NCBI GenBank assembly: GCA_964567265.1
Contig: CAZMLK010000001.1
Location: 15,832 to 79,831 of the forward strand
Reading direction: 5' to 3'
Source: an uncultured Candidatus Saccharibacteria bacterium
Lineage (GTDB): Bacteria; Patescibacteriota; Minisyncoccia; Phycocordibacterales; UBA12088
Length of the DNA stretch: 64,000 nt
Shown: positions 37,670 through 46,840 of the stretch, one piece after another
How the letters are laid out: each line of letters opens with the position of its first letter
How positions within the stretch are numbered: the first letter of the stretch is position 1
Translations under genes and position numbers: made by a program
Notes under the pieces: model-generated
Seen by the model: the letters and a program-made list of their open reading frames with translations, nothing else
What the model was told of the DNA's origin: nothing
The model's database searches: none

Positions 37670-38257
37670 ATGCATATGATCGAGCTCTTCCGCGGCATGA
37701 ACTTTTCGGTATTCCATTTTTTCAATGGCTTCCTCGGGGTATCGATGGCGCTCGACATCCTCATACTTTTCTTTGCGCAGTACGCGGTATTCGTAGTCGG
37801 GCTTGTCGTGATCCTCTCCTTGCTTCGCGACCATCGTCTCGACAGCGGCGCGCGGTTCCGCCGGAACGCGGCGCGCATACTCCTCACGATGGGGACGATC
37901 GTCGTCGTGACCGAGGTGATCCGTAGCCTCTATCATCATCCCCGCCCGACGATTATCCTCGATATCCCGCATCTCTTCCTCGTGAACTCCTTTTCGTTCC
38001 CGTCAGGCCACACCATCTTCATGCTTGGCCTCGCGACTGCGGTCTATTATTACGATCGGAGGCTCTCGCTCCTGCTCGCGTTCACAGGCTTTCTGGTCGG
38101 CGTGGCCCGTATTGCTGCCGGCGTGCACTATCCTTTTGATATCCTCGGCGGCATCTTCTTCGGCATCCTGTCCGGCATCTTTGTCGAATACCTCCTGAGG
38201 CTTCTGGCGCCCCCGAAGCAGAAGAGGGGGGTAAACGGAAAAGGAATCCGTACATGA
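37670..38257 (+). CDS. PAP2-family phosphatase (undecaprenyl-diphosphatase-like)
   Basis: FPSGHT and AGVHYPFD are PAP2 motifs 2 and 3. TM helices. Confidence 0.75.
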   Translation: MHMIELFRGMNFSVFHFFNGFLGVSMALDILILFFAQYAVFVVGLVVILSLLRDHRLDSGARFRRNAARILLTMGTIVVVTEVIRSLYHHPRPTIILDIPHLFLVNSFSFPSGHTIFMLGLATAVYYYDRRLSLLLAFTGFLVGVARIAAGVHYPFDILGGIFFGILSGIFVEYLLRLLAPPKQKRGVNGKGIRT

Positions 38258-39318
38258 TCAATTTCCTAGCGACATTCGCCTCCCTGCTCGTGTTGTTGCT
38301 CGGCGTGCCCGCACTGGCGCTATTCGTGCTTGACCGGGCGCTCCGCGCGTCTGGATATCGAGGTCCGCATTCTGATCATTTTGATGGCGTCCGGTTCTAT
38401 AGCTACGGCCCGCTTCCTCCGCAGCCGCCGGCAGAAGGGCAACGCTCGATACTCGCCTGGATGCTGGCACGGAAGGCGAATCCATGGACCGATCGGGAAG
38501 TCAGCCAGTCAAAGCCGATCGATCGGATACATGGCGGGAATCTAGTCGTCACCTTCATCGGCCATTCGACCGTCCTTATCCAGACGGAGGGCCTGAATAT
38601 CCTCACTGATCCGGTCTTTGTGAAGCGGGCGAGCCCGTTCACTTTCATGGGCCCGCGTCGCTACACCCTCCCCGGCATCCGCTTCGAGGATTTGCCGCCG
38701 ATCGATGTCGTCCTCCTTTCGCACAATCATTACGACCACATGGACGTGCGGACGCTTCGAAAGCTTGATGCGTCGTTCCGTCCACGTTTTTTCACGCATC
38801 TGGGGAATGCAGCACACCTGGAGCGGAAGGGGATCCGCGGTGCGACTGATTTCGATTGGTTCGACCGTCAGCAAGTTTCTGGCGACGTGTCCGTGCGTTC
38901 CGTCCCGGCGCAGCATTTTTCTGCGCGCGCGCTTTCGGATCGCAACAAGACACTGTGGGGCGGGTTTGTCATCGAAGCGCCCCATGGCAACCTTTATTTC
39001 GCAGGAGATACCGGCTTCGGGCCGTTCGTCGAAAAGATCCGTGACCAGTATCCGGATGGATTCCGGATGGGGCTCTTGCCGATCGGAGCATTCAAGCCAG
39101 AATGGTTCATGGGCCCTGTGCATGTATCGCCTGACCAAGCGGCCTCAATGAAAGAGATCCTCGGCATCAAGAATGCGATCGCGATCCATTTCGGAACCTT
39201 CAAGCTTGCCGATGATCGCGAGGATGAGGCGGTTATCCGGCTCGAAGAGCTCCACGCTGCTGGAAAAACGGAGCAGTTCCGTGTCTTGGGGAATGGCGGG
39301 TCGGTCCAGATTCCATAG
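38254..39318 (+). CDS. MBL-fold metallo-hydrolase (NAPE-PLD-like)
   Basis: VTFIGHSTVLIQ...LLSHNHYDHMD metallo-beta-lactamase motifs. ATGA overlap with the upstream PAP2 gene. Confidence 0.75.
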   Translation: MINFLATFASLLVLLLGVPALALFVLDRALRASGYRGPHSDHFDGVRFYSYGPLPPQPPAEGQRSILAWMLARKANPWTDREVSQSKPIDRIHGGNLVVTFIGHSTVLIQTEGLNILTDPVFVKRASPFTFMGPRRYTLPGIRFEDLPPIDVVLLSHNHYDHMDVRTLRKLDASFRPRFFTHLGNAAHLERKGIRGATDFDWFDRQQVSGDVSVRSVPAQHFSARALSDRNKTLWGGFVIEAPHGNLYFAGDTGFGPFVEKIRDQYPDGFRMGLLPIGAFKPEWFMGPVHVSPDQAASMKEILGIKNAIAIHFGTFKLADDREDEAVIRLEELHAAGKTEQFRVLGNGGSVQIP

Positions 39319-39364
39319 TCGCGGCCCTGATCGACAGGTCGTCCGATTGTTTTATACTGGGAAG

Positions 39365-40084
39365 ATGCACCACCATCACACACGCGGCATGACGCCGATC
39401 GGCATCGCCCTCCTGCTCGCAATCATCATCCTGGGAGGCTCGGTTGCCTACCTCTATTTCAAGGCAAATAAGGCGGAAACGCCGCCTCCTGTCGAACCCG
39501 TCGCGACGACCACCACTCCTATTGTTACGGATCCTACTGCTGATTGGGTCACGTATACCGCGACGTCTACCTATGGATTCAGCCTCAAGTATCCGCCTGA
39601 GCTCGCGACTACCTCGACTTTCGTCGCGCATCAGCACGTGACATCGGGCTGGCGCCAAGAAGCAGGAAACGAGGCAAAGGCGAAGACTACGGGTGAGCGG
39701 ATTGTCAGCATCATTGTCGATTCGAAAAAGAACGCGCCGGGAGAAGAAGGGTACTACGTCGCCGTCGAGGTTCGCATCGGTGCGAGCTCGAACGCGAATG
39801 CGGTGAAGCATTGCCTCGAGAAGGCTGCGGATGAGGATAATGGTGTCGCCGCCGTGATTGGCGGGACGTCATTCACCAGATTCGACCGCGTGAGCGCCGG
39901 CATGAGCCAGTTCGGCAATGTTTCAAGCTACCGTGCCCTCAAGGATGGTAAGTGTTTCGCGATCGAGTCGATCGTTGCCGGCGGCGGGACGAATCCAGAG
40001 GATCCGAGCCACGATGCTGCACTCCTCGATTCTGACCAGAAGCTTGCGGAGGCGATCGTGCAGACGTTCAGGTTTGTCGAGTAA
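39365..40084 (+). CDS. Hypothetical membrane-anchored protein
   Basis: N-terminal TM (IGIALLLAIIILGGSVAYLYF), a Thr/Pro linker, then a soluble domain. Confidence 0.45.
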   Translation: MHHHHTRGMTPIGIALLLAIIILGGSVAYLYFKANKAETPPPVEPVATTTTPIVTDPTADWVTYTATSTYGFSLKYPPELATTSTFVAHQHVTSGWRQEAGNEAKAKTTGERIVSIIVDSKKNAPGEEGYYVAVEVRIGASSNANAVKHCLEKAADEDNGVAAVIGGTSFTRFDRVSAGMSQFGNVSSYRALKDGKCFAIESIVAGGGTNPEDPSHDAALLDSDQKLAEAIVQTFRFVE

Positions 40085-40182
40085 GGGAGCATCCTTCAAA
40101 GTCAAAGCGTCCATTGGTATTTTGTCCCCGTGAACTCGTACGCGTATACTGGTACTGCCCCTATCAAAATTATACACACGTC

Positions 40183-40512
40183 ATGAATACCGCGATGAAA
40201 TACGTCCTTGGCGTCATCGTCCTCGTCGCCATCGCAGGCGGGGCGTATGCCTTCAGGAAAACGCCGCCCGCGCCGCAGGAAAAACCGCAGGAAACCGCGC
40301 CCGTCGCTGAAGCGCCGAAACCGGCAGCTCCTCAGGTACACGTTCCTGCCGCGACAGCATCAATCGATGATCTTACGGCTGCGCTCGAAGCGGAAGGCTC
40401 AGCGGAATCAACGCTTGCATCCTCGAGTGATGCGGACAAGGCATTTGTCACCGCCGATGCGGAAACCGTTACCAGTTTCGATCAAACCTATGATGAAAGC
40501 CTCTTCCAGTAA
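40183..40512 (+). CDS. Small membrane-anchored Pro/Ala-rich protein
   Basis: MNTAMKYVLGVIVLVAIAGGAYAF anchor. Confidence 0.4.
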   Translation: MNTAMKYVLGVIVLVAIAGGAYAFRKTPPAPQEKPQETAPVAEAPKPAAPQVHVPAATASIDDLTAALEAEGSAESTLASSSDADKAFVTADAETVTSFDQTYDESLFQ

Positions 40513-41263
40513 TCTCGCCGCAAAGGCAGCCGCAGGTGCCTTGATGCTCGGAGTCCTCGCGCCCTCGCTCGCGCTCGCAGAAGCGACCGCGCCGGCCACA
40601 ACGGCAGCTGGCACAAAAACCTTCTGTGCACGCATCGCAGATATTGATGCCAAGGTGCTTGCAGGGATGGGCGACCGTACCCGCGCCTACGAAGCGAAAA
40701 AAGCGGAACGCACGGAAAAGATGGCGACGAATCGCGCCGAGCGTGATCAAAAGCTTGCCGCGACGCGTACCGCCTGGGATCAGAACCGCGCTGAACGATA
40801 TGCGAAGCTTGATGAGCGCGCGACGACCACTGCTCAAAAAGCTGCGGTCGCGACCTTCAAGAACGAGCTCGAGGCTGCGGTGGTTGCACGAAAAACTGCA
40901 ATTGACGCAGCTCTGGTGACCTATCGGAACGGGCTCGATCAGGCGATCCAGGCTCGAAAGACCGCAATTGACGGCGCGCAGACGACACTGAAGACATCGG
41001 TGACGGCCGCGCTTGAAAACGCAAAGACGGATTGTGCCGCAGATAAGGATCCGAAGACGGTTCGCGTGACGGCGCTTGGTGCGATCAAGGCTGCTCGCGA
41101 TGCCTATGCGACGACGGTGAAGGCTCAGGAAAAAGTCGGAACAACGCTTGACGCATTGACCAACGCTCGGAACACGGCTATCAAAAAGGCGATAGATGAC
41201 GCCAAGGCGGCGCGCGAGCGTGCGGTCCTCAAACTCAAGGCCGCATTCAAGGAGACGACCTAA
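40490..41263 (+). CDS. Secreted Ala/Lys-rich helical-repeat protein
   Basis: Signal peptide MMKASSSNLAAKAAAGALMLGVLAPSLALA. Repeated RKTAIDxAxxTxxxxL heptad-like units. Confidence 0.5.
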   Translation: MMKASSSNLAAKAAAGALMLGVLAPSLALAEATAPATTAAGTKTFCARIADIDAKVLAGMGDRTRAYEAKKAERTEKMATNRAERDQKLAATRTAWDQNRAERYAKLDERATTTAQKAAVATFKNELEAAVVARKTAIDAALVTYRNGLDQAIQARKTAIDGAQTTLKTSVTAALENAKTDCAADKDPKTVRVTALGAIKAARDAYATTVKAQEKVGTTLDALTNARNTAIKKAIDDAKAARERAVLKLKAAFKETT

Positions 41264-41361
41264 TTTCCTCTTGCGGGGATAGCAGACACGGAAAATCGGC
41301 CGCTCGGCCGATTTTCCGTGTCTTTTCGTGACAATCTTGCACGTGTGGTATTATTCTCGGA

Positions 41362-43086
41362 ATGTACTCTCTGCATATGCTCCCGCGCACCCTCCGATCC
41401 GTGTTTCTCGCCTTCCTCATCATCGCGCCTATTCTCTTCGGTGGAGCATCATCAGCGCTTGCTGCGACCAACCTTATTCAGAACCCTTCACTTGAAAGCG
41501 GCACGAATGCTCCTGATTCCTGGCAGCAGGGCACCTGGGGAACCAATAGCACCGTCTTTTCCTATCCCGTCGCTGGTCGTACTGGTGCGAAAGCCGTGCA
41601 GGTGACGGTCTCCAGTTGGACTGATGGTGATTCGAAATGGTTCCCGAACGATGTCTCGGTGACAGCGGGGAAGCAGTATACGATCAGTGACTACTACACC
41701 GCGAATGTCGGAACCGCGCTCACGATCCGGTACCAGCTTGCAGACAATTCCTATCAATATGCGTATCTCGGCGCCGTGCCGGCAGCCGCGACCTGGCAGC
41801 AGTTCTCGGCAACGATCACCGTTCCTGCGAATGTGGTTCGCGCAACGGTCTTCCATGTGCTCCAAAGCACCGGCACGCTGACCGTGGATGATTTTGTGTT
41901 CGAGGAGAATGCAGGAACCACCCCCGCACCAACGCCTACTCCGACACCTACACCTACTCCCTCAGCTATTCTCAACCCTGGCTTTGAAACGGGGAGCGGA
42001 GCGACCCCCGACGGTTGGACGCGCGGTGAGTGGGGCGACCTTACTGCAACGTATGGGTATCCGGTCGCGGGTTCCGGAAGCGCACGTGCGGCCTCGGTGA
42101 CTTTGAGCCGCTATGTTTCCGGCGATGCCAAGTGGATATTTACGCCGATTGCCGCCACTCCAGGGAAGGTGCTCAGATTCTCAGATTCCTACACTTCCAA
42201 TATTCCTTCGAACGTCACGCTCCAGATTAAGAAGTCCGATGGGTCCTTCCAGTACTTCTGGATCGGAGACGCGCCCGCGAGCGCAAGTTGGACGACGTTC
42301 CAGGGCCAGTTCACGGTTCCCGCTGGTGCGGTTGAGCTGACCATCTTCCATGCGATCAGCGCCGTCGGCACCCTTACCGTCGACAATTTCGCTCTTGCTG
42401 ATGCCTCAACCCCAGCTCCCGCTCCGACGCCGACCACTGTCGGCATGGTCACGCTCACGTTCGACGACAGTTACGCGAACCAGTTCCAAAACGCGGTCCC
42501 GAAGCTGAATGCGGCCGGCATCAAGGCGGGGTTCTACGTCATCACCGGCGAAGTGGGGAATAGTGGCTCGATGACCTGGGCCCAGCTCACTCAAATGAAG
42601 AATGCCGGCCATGAGATCGGCTCGCATACGGTGACGCATCCGCATTTGCCCCAGCTTTCAACGGCAAATGCTAGGGCTGAGCTGGTGAATTCGAAAAATA
42701 CTCTCATCTCGAAAGGTTTCAATCCGGAGACGTTCGTCTACCCGTATGGAGAATACACTGCGTCAGTGAAGCAGTTGGTGAAGGATTCGGGCTATATCGG
42801 CGCCCGGAGCGTCGACACAGGATTCAATGTCCCCTCAAGCGACAAGTATCTCCTTATGGACCAGCATATCGAGAACACGACGACGCTCGCGACCATCAAG
42901 TCCCAGATCGATCAGGCGATCGCGCAAAAGAAATGGCTTATCTTCGAGCTTCATGCGCAGCTGGTGAATTGCGGAAGCGAACAATACTGCAATACCCCGA
43001 CCCTTCTCCAGGGGATGATTGATTACATCAAGCTGAAGGGGGTGAAGACGGTCACACTCTCTGAAGGACTCAAATTGATGCCCTAA
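41362..43086 (+). CDS. Polysaccharide deacetylase (CE4/NodB) with two N-terminal carbohydrate-binding modules
   Basis: Signal peptide. Two ~150-aa CBM_4_9-like repeats separated by a (TP)n linker. C-terminal NodB motifs TFDDSY, HTVTHP and YPYGEY. Confidence 0.75.
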   Translation: MYSLHMLPRTLRSVFLAFLIIAPILFGGASSALAATNLIQNPSLESGTNAPDSWQQGTWGTNSTVFSYPVAGRTGAKAVQVTVSSWTDGDSKWFPNDVSVTAGKQYTISDYYTANVGTALTIRYQLADNSYQYAYLGAVPAAATWQQFSATITVPANVVRATVFHVLQSTGTLTVDDFVFEENAGTTPAPTPTPTPTPTPSAILNPGFETGSGATPDGWTRGEWGDLTATYGYPVAGSGSARAASVTLSRYVSGDAKWIFTPIAATPGKVLRFSDSYTSNIPSNVTLQIKKSDGSFQYFWIGDAPASASWTTFQGQFTVPAGAVELTIFHAISAVGTLTVDNFALADASTPAPAPTPTTVGMVTLTFDDSYANQFQNAVPKLNAAGIKAGFYVITGEVGNSGSMTWAQLTQMKNAGHEIGSHTVTHPHLPQLSTANARAELVNSKNTLISKGFNPETFVYPYGEYTASVKQLVKDSGYIGARSVDTGFNVPSSDKYLLMDQHIENTTTLATIKSQIDQAIAQKKWLIFELHAQLVNCGSEQYCNTPTLLQGMIDYIKLKGVKTVTLSEGLKLMP

Positions 43087-43201
43087 ATCAGGCCACAAAA
43101 ATCCTTCATGAGGAAGTAACGAAAGGCCCCAGGAGCCGTCTCCAATAGAGGCGGCTTTTGTGTTACAGTAGACCCCTAATGTTTAAAATACTAAGCATTC
43201 T

Positions 43202-44170
43202 ATGAATAAAAATGCACTGTTGGTTGCTGGATTGATTGCGTTCCCGCTCCTTGCAGGCGCTCACGACGGCGTAGACGATGGTGATGCGTCAGTCAGTGCC
43301 ACTATAAACGGCGGCACCATCCAGGTCCGTACCGAGTCAGGCATCCAGAATATCCAGATCGACAACGTCGAGGTAAAGAACGGCAAGGTGGACGTGAAAA
43401 GCACCGTGAACGGGAAGACCGTCGAAAGCTCGACGACCCTGAGTGGTGCTTCCGGGAAGTCGGAGACGACCGTTACGGTCGATGGAAAGACGCAGGTATT
43501 CACGACCGCATTCCCTGCCTCCTTTTCCTCGATGACGACCGACGGGACCGAAGTCCGGATTGACGGCAATATGATCACGATTACCGGCAAGGGGGCAGAA
43601 GGGCACTCGATGTCGAAGGTCGAATTTCTCAACTCATTCAGCACAACCTCGGCCTCAGGCACGATCCTCCTCAAATCAAAGGGCGATTCCGCGAATGCGC
43701 ACGTGCTCCATGGTGCTGAAGTCCGTTCGAATACGGCGCTGAAAGCTCTCGTTGATGCAGGCGCCCTCACTCTCGAGCCTGCCTCCGTCCAGTCTGATGA
43801 CGACCTCGCGCTCTTCGTCGCGCGCCGCATGCAGGACGACGATCGCATTACCGATACCGCATTCGCGTCGGGGAGCGTCGCGGTCAACTATACCGGCTCC
43901 GGCAAGCTGTTCGGCATCTTCACCGTGCCTCTCCGCTACGTGGTGAGCGGGGATACAGAGATGGAGGACAGCGTCGACGTCTCGCTTCCGTGGTGGAGCA
44001 TCTTCGCGAAGAAGCCGATCGCGAATGCAGACCTCAAGGCCGCCGTCGAGACCAAATTCAAAGCAGATGCTGCAGCGCTCGCCAATGTCTCCGCGAAGCA
44101 GGCAGCGCTCTTCGCTGCACTCTCAAGCTCACTCAAGGCCAACGCCGCAGTCTCGGCGGAAGCCCATTAA
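43202..44170 (+). CDS. Secreted hypothetical protein
   Basis: Signal peptide MNKNALLVAGLIAFPLLAGA. No recognised domain. Confidence 0.5.
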   Translation: MNKNALLVAGLIAFPLLAGAHDGVDDGDASVSATINGGTIQVRTESGIQNIQIDNVEVKNGKVDVKSTVNGKTVESSTTLSGASGKSETTVTVDGKTQVFTTAFPASFSSMTTDGTEVRIDGNMITITGKGAEGHSMSKVEFLNSFSTTSASGTILLKSKGDSANAHVLHGAEVRSNTALKALVDAGALTLEPASVQSDDDLALFVARRMQDDDRITDTAFASGSVAVNYTGSGKLFGIFTVPLRYVVSGDTEMEDSVDVSLPWWSIFAKKPIANADLKAAVETKFKADAAALANVSAKQAALFAALSSSLKANAAVSAEAH

Positions 44171-44185
44171 CAAAAGATTTCAGTC

Positions 44186-44641
44186 GTGTATTTTGTGCGT
44201 ATGGAACCAACACAGAAAAAAGGATTTGGCAGATGGATCGCAGGAGGAATCGTTCTCGGCGTGCTTATCTATGCCGCGTACGTGCTCCTCATAAAAGTTC
44301 CGGCCGCGAACGGCGATACAGGCGTCCTTACCGGACAGGTGACGGTCGAGGGCATTTGCGGAGGCCCGGATACCGCATCCGGCACTCCCTGCGTGACCTC
44401 TCCGGATGATGTCCGCTCGCGGATCGTTATCGTATATGCGGCCACCGTCCTCAAGCGAGAAGTCGCGCGAGCGAACCTGACGCCGTTCGGCGAGTATCGT
44501 TTCGAGTTGCCCCCAGGGCAGTACACGGTCGACATCGCGAAGAACGGCGCGGACTCCTCGAAGGCGCTTCCGGCAACAGTCTCGGTTGATTCCAAGAAGA
44601 CGACCACTCTGAACTTCACTATCGATACCGGTGCACGATAA
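44186..44641 (+). CDS. Membrane-anchored carboxypeptidase-regulatory-like (CarbopepD_reg) domain protein
   Basis: TM anchor, then GQVTVEGICGG...RFELPPGQYTVDIAK beta-sandwich pattern. Confidence 0.45.
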   Translation: MYFVRMEPTQKKGFGRWIAGGIVLGVLIYAAYVLLIKVPAANGDTGVLTGQVTVEGICGGPDTASGTPCVTSPDDVRSRIVIVYAATVLKREVARANLTPFGEYRFELPPGQYTVDIAKNGADSSKALPATVSVDSKKTTTLNFTIDTGAR

Positions 44642-44659
44642 TCCCCACTCCGGTGCGGA

Positions 44660-44702
44660 AAAAATAAATGAGCAGGCGCACGCCTGCTCATTTATTTTTT
44701 CC
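44660..44702 (+). terminator. Rho-independent terminator
   Basis: aaataaatgagcaggcg-cac-gcctgctcatttattttttcc. Confidence 0.7.
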
Positions 44703-44939
44703 AGGCTGCGTCGAATACGAACCGCGGATATTTTTTTGAAAAAAGTTTTCCACAAAAACAGTTATCCACACGTTCCCATGAAAGAAGAATGCTCGTATCA
44801 TTACTGGTAGCTCACGAGCTCTTCGGGGAAGGTGGTCGTCTCTCTCAGAGTTCATCGAAAAGAGCAGCGACGGCGCGCTTCGGCTGGATGCAGGGACACT
44901 TTGGTTCTCCTGCACGATTCCGAAAACGCCACACACAAC

Positions 44940-44984
44940 ATGGCAGCAAAAAAGAAGGCAGCAAAGAAGAAGGCAAAGAAATAG
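44940..44984 (+). CDS. Tiny lysine-rich ORF (14 aa: MAAKKKAAKKKAKK)
   Basis: Followed about 20 nt later by the hairpin terminator at 45005..45052. It resembles the K-rich ORF at 12930. Confidence 0.2.
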   Translation: MAAKKKAAKKKAKK

Positions 44985-45004
44985 TCTTCTTCTCGAAGGA
45001 TCTA

Positions 45005-45052
45005 AAAGAAATCGCCCGAACGTGTCTCACGCTCAGGCGATTTCTTTTTTTG
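45005..45052. terminator. Hairpin with T-tract, shared by tiny ORF (+) and AI-2E gene (-)
   Basis: agaaatcgcc-cgaacgtgtctcacgctca-ggcgatttct followed by ttttttt. Confidence 0.55.
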
Positions 45053-45071
45053 AGGTATCTGCCTTCTCGCT

Positions 45072-46121
45072 TCAGGTATTGAGAGACAATTCCTTCTGGT
45101 ATTTCTTCTCGAAGAAGTCCCAAAGCGTGAGGCAGAGTGCTGCGATGATCGGACCCACGATAAAGCCTGAAATGCCGAATACCGCGAGGCCGCCCACCGT
45201 CGACAGGAGTACGACCGCATCCGGAAGGCCGGTGTCGCGCCCGACGACGAATGGGCGGAGGAGGTTGTCGACTAGGCTCACGAGGACGATGCCGCCGAGA
45301 AGGACAAACAGTCCCTCCCAAAGGAAGCCGGTAAGTATGAGGAAGACTCCGGCGGGGAACCAGATGACCCCGGCGCCGACTCCAGGGATGATCGAAAGGA
45401 CGGCCATCGCCGTGCCCCAGAGGATGGGAGAGCTGATACCGACCAGCGCGAAGATGGCCGCTCCGATTGCTCCCTGGGCGATGCCGATGAGGATGGTTCC
45501 CTTGATGACTGCGCGCGTCGTCGCCGTGAATTTCTTGAAGAGCTCGTTTTCGTATGCATCGCCAAGCGGGATGATACGCATTGCCTTCGCCCGGAGTGCC
45601 TGCCCGTCCTTGAAGATGAAGAAGAGGAGGTACAGCATGATGAAGAGGTCGATGAGGATGGTGAGCGTGACCTGGCCGACGGATACCAGCGAGCCGGCGA
45701 GCCAATTCGACAATTCACCCGAAAGGAGCCGGACCTTGTTCTCGATCTGCCATGCCTCGACACCGAATTTTGCCGTATACGGGGAAATCTTGTTGATGAC
45801 GTCCGTGACGCCGCTTGCCGCGTCGAATCCGCTATCAGAGATGCGGCCATAGAGCTCGAATGCCTCAGAGACGACTAATGAGCCGATCACGAGAAGCGGG
45901 ATCAGTACGAGCGCGAGTATCGCGAGGATAGTTATAGTCGAGGCTGCCGAAGGAAAGTGCACGCGTTTCAGGAACCATTCGTATGCAGGGTAGAAAAGAA
46001 TACCGAGCACGAGCGCCCAGAACACCGGTGCGATGAAGGGGAGGATGATGTAGAGGAAGGCGACCGTTGCGAGGGTCAGGATGCCGAAGAAGAAAATTTG
46101 CTGGATGGTCGAGAATCGCAT
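45072..46121 (-). CDS. AI-2E family transporter (PerM/YhhT-like)
   Basis: Eight TM helices. Conserved GLPDAVVLLSTVGG...GFIVGPIIAA C-terminal motif. Confidence 0.8.
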   Translation of the reverse strand: MRFSTIQQIFFFGILTLATVAFLYIILPFIAPVFWALVLGILFYPAYEWFLKRVHFPSAASTITILAILALVLIPLLVIGSLVVSEAFELYGRISDSGFDAASGVTDVINKISPYTAKFGVEAWQIENKVRLLSGELSNWLAGSLVSVGQVTLTILIDLFIMLYLLFFIFKDGQALRAKAMRIIPLGDAYENELFKKFTATTRAVIKGTILIGIAQGAIGAAIFALVGISSPILWGTAMAVLSIIPGVGAGVIWFPAGVFLILTGFLWEGLFVLLGGIVLVSLVDNLLRPFVVGRDTGLPDAVVLLSTVGGLAVFGISGFIVGPIIAALCLTLWDFFEKKYQKELSLNT

Positions 46122-46266
46122 AGATGGCTACAGTATAGCGCTTTCCGGCTTTGAGCGGAACGAATCGACTCCCGTGCCGGAAAGAGCTGGTCTTCGTAGG
46201 GTGCAATCCACAGGAGATTATACGAATTGCAGCATGTGTTGACTGTATACTGGGGATGAAGATTTC

Positions 46267-46785
46267 ATGACTCCCCCAGCAAATAACCAGCCGCCAGTAC
46301 ATGACTCGCCTGCGCACACGCAGCGTAGCAATGTATCCATTGCCGGCCTGTGCGTCTCTGCATGCATACTTGCGCTCATCGGCGCTTATTTTTTTGATGC
46401 AGGCGTCTTCATGGAGGCATGGCTCCCCAAAAGGACCACGGCGCATGCCGCTCCGCAGCCTCCGGTACCGGGAAGCGTGACGAATATCAAAACCGAAGAC
46501 ATTGTCGCGCTTGCGGTCGGAACAACGGTAGATCTCCCTGGTATCGATCTCCGTCTGACGCTACGTGCGCTCGATGATGCCCGGTGCGAGGATCCGGAAG
46601 CTGATAGCTGCAGCGAAGACGGGCAGTTGTCGGTGAAGGGGGATGCGGAGCGTACCTCGAACGGGGAGCGGGTGCCGTTCTCGTTCGTAACCGGGGTGGA
46701 GACGAGTGTATCGGTGTTTGGGTACGTGATCGAGCTGGTCGGGGTCAGTACGCCGCTCGAGACCGTGTATGTTCGGCGACGGTAG
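46267..46785 (+). CDS. Hypothetical membrane-anchored protein
   Basis: TM helix IAGLCVSACILALIGAYFF, then a soluble domain. Confidence 0.45.
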   Translation: MTPPANNQPPVHDSPAHTQRSNVSIAGLCVSACILALIGAYFFDAGVFMEAWLPKRTTAHAAPQPPVPGSVTNIKTEDIVALAVGTTVDLPGIDLRLTLRALDDARCEDPEADSCSEDGQLSVKGDAERTSNGERVPFSFVTGVETSVSVFGYVIELVGVSTPLETVYVRRR

Positions 46786-46840
46786 GGCAGTGAGCGGAAA
46801 TCAATGCATTTTAATATAAGGCGGAATCGTAATAACTATC

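Noticed and set aside
44845-45705. 286-aa Arg/Pro/His-rich ORF on minus strand
   Set aside because: It lies in another frame across the well-supported AI-2E transporter gene (45072..46121). Its composition (RR, PP, HH runs) is typical of an off-frame read of GC-rich coding DNA.
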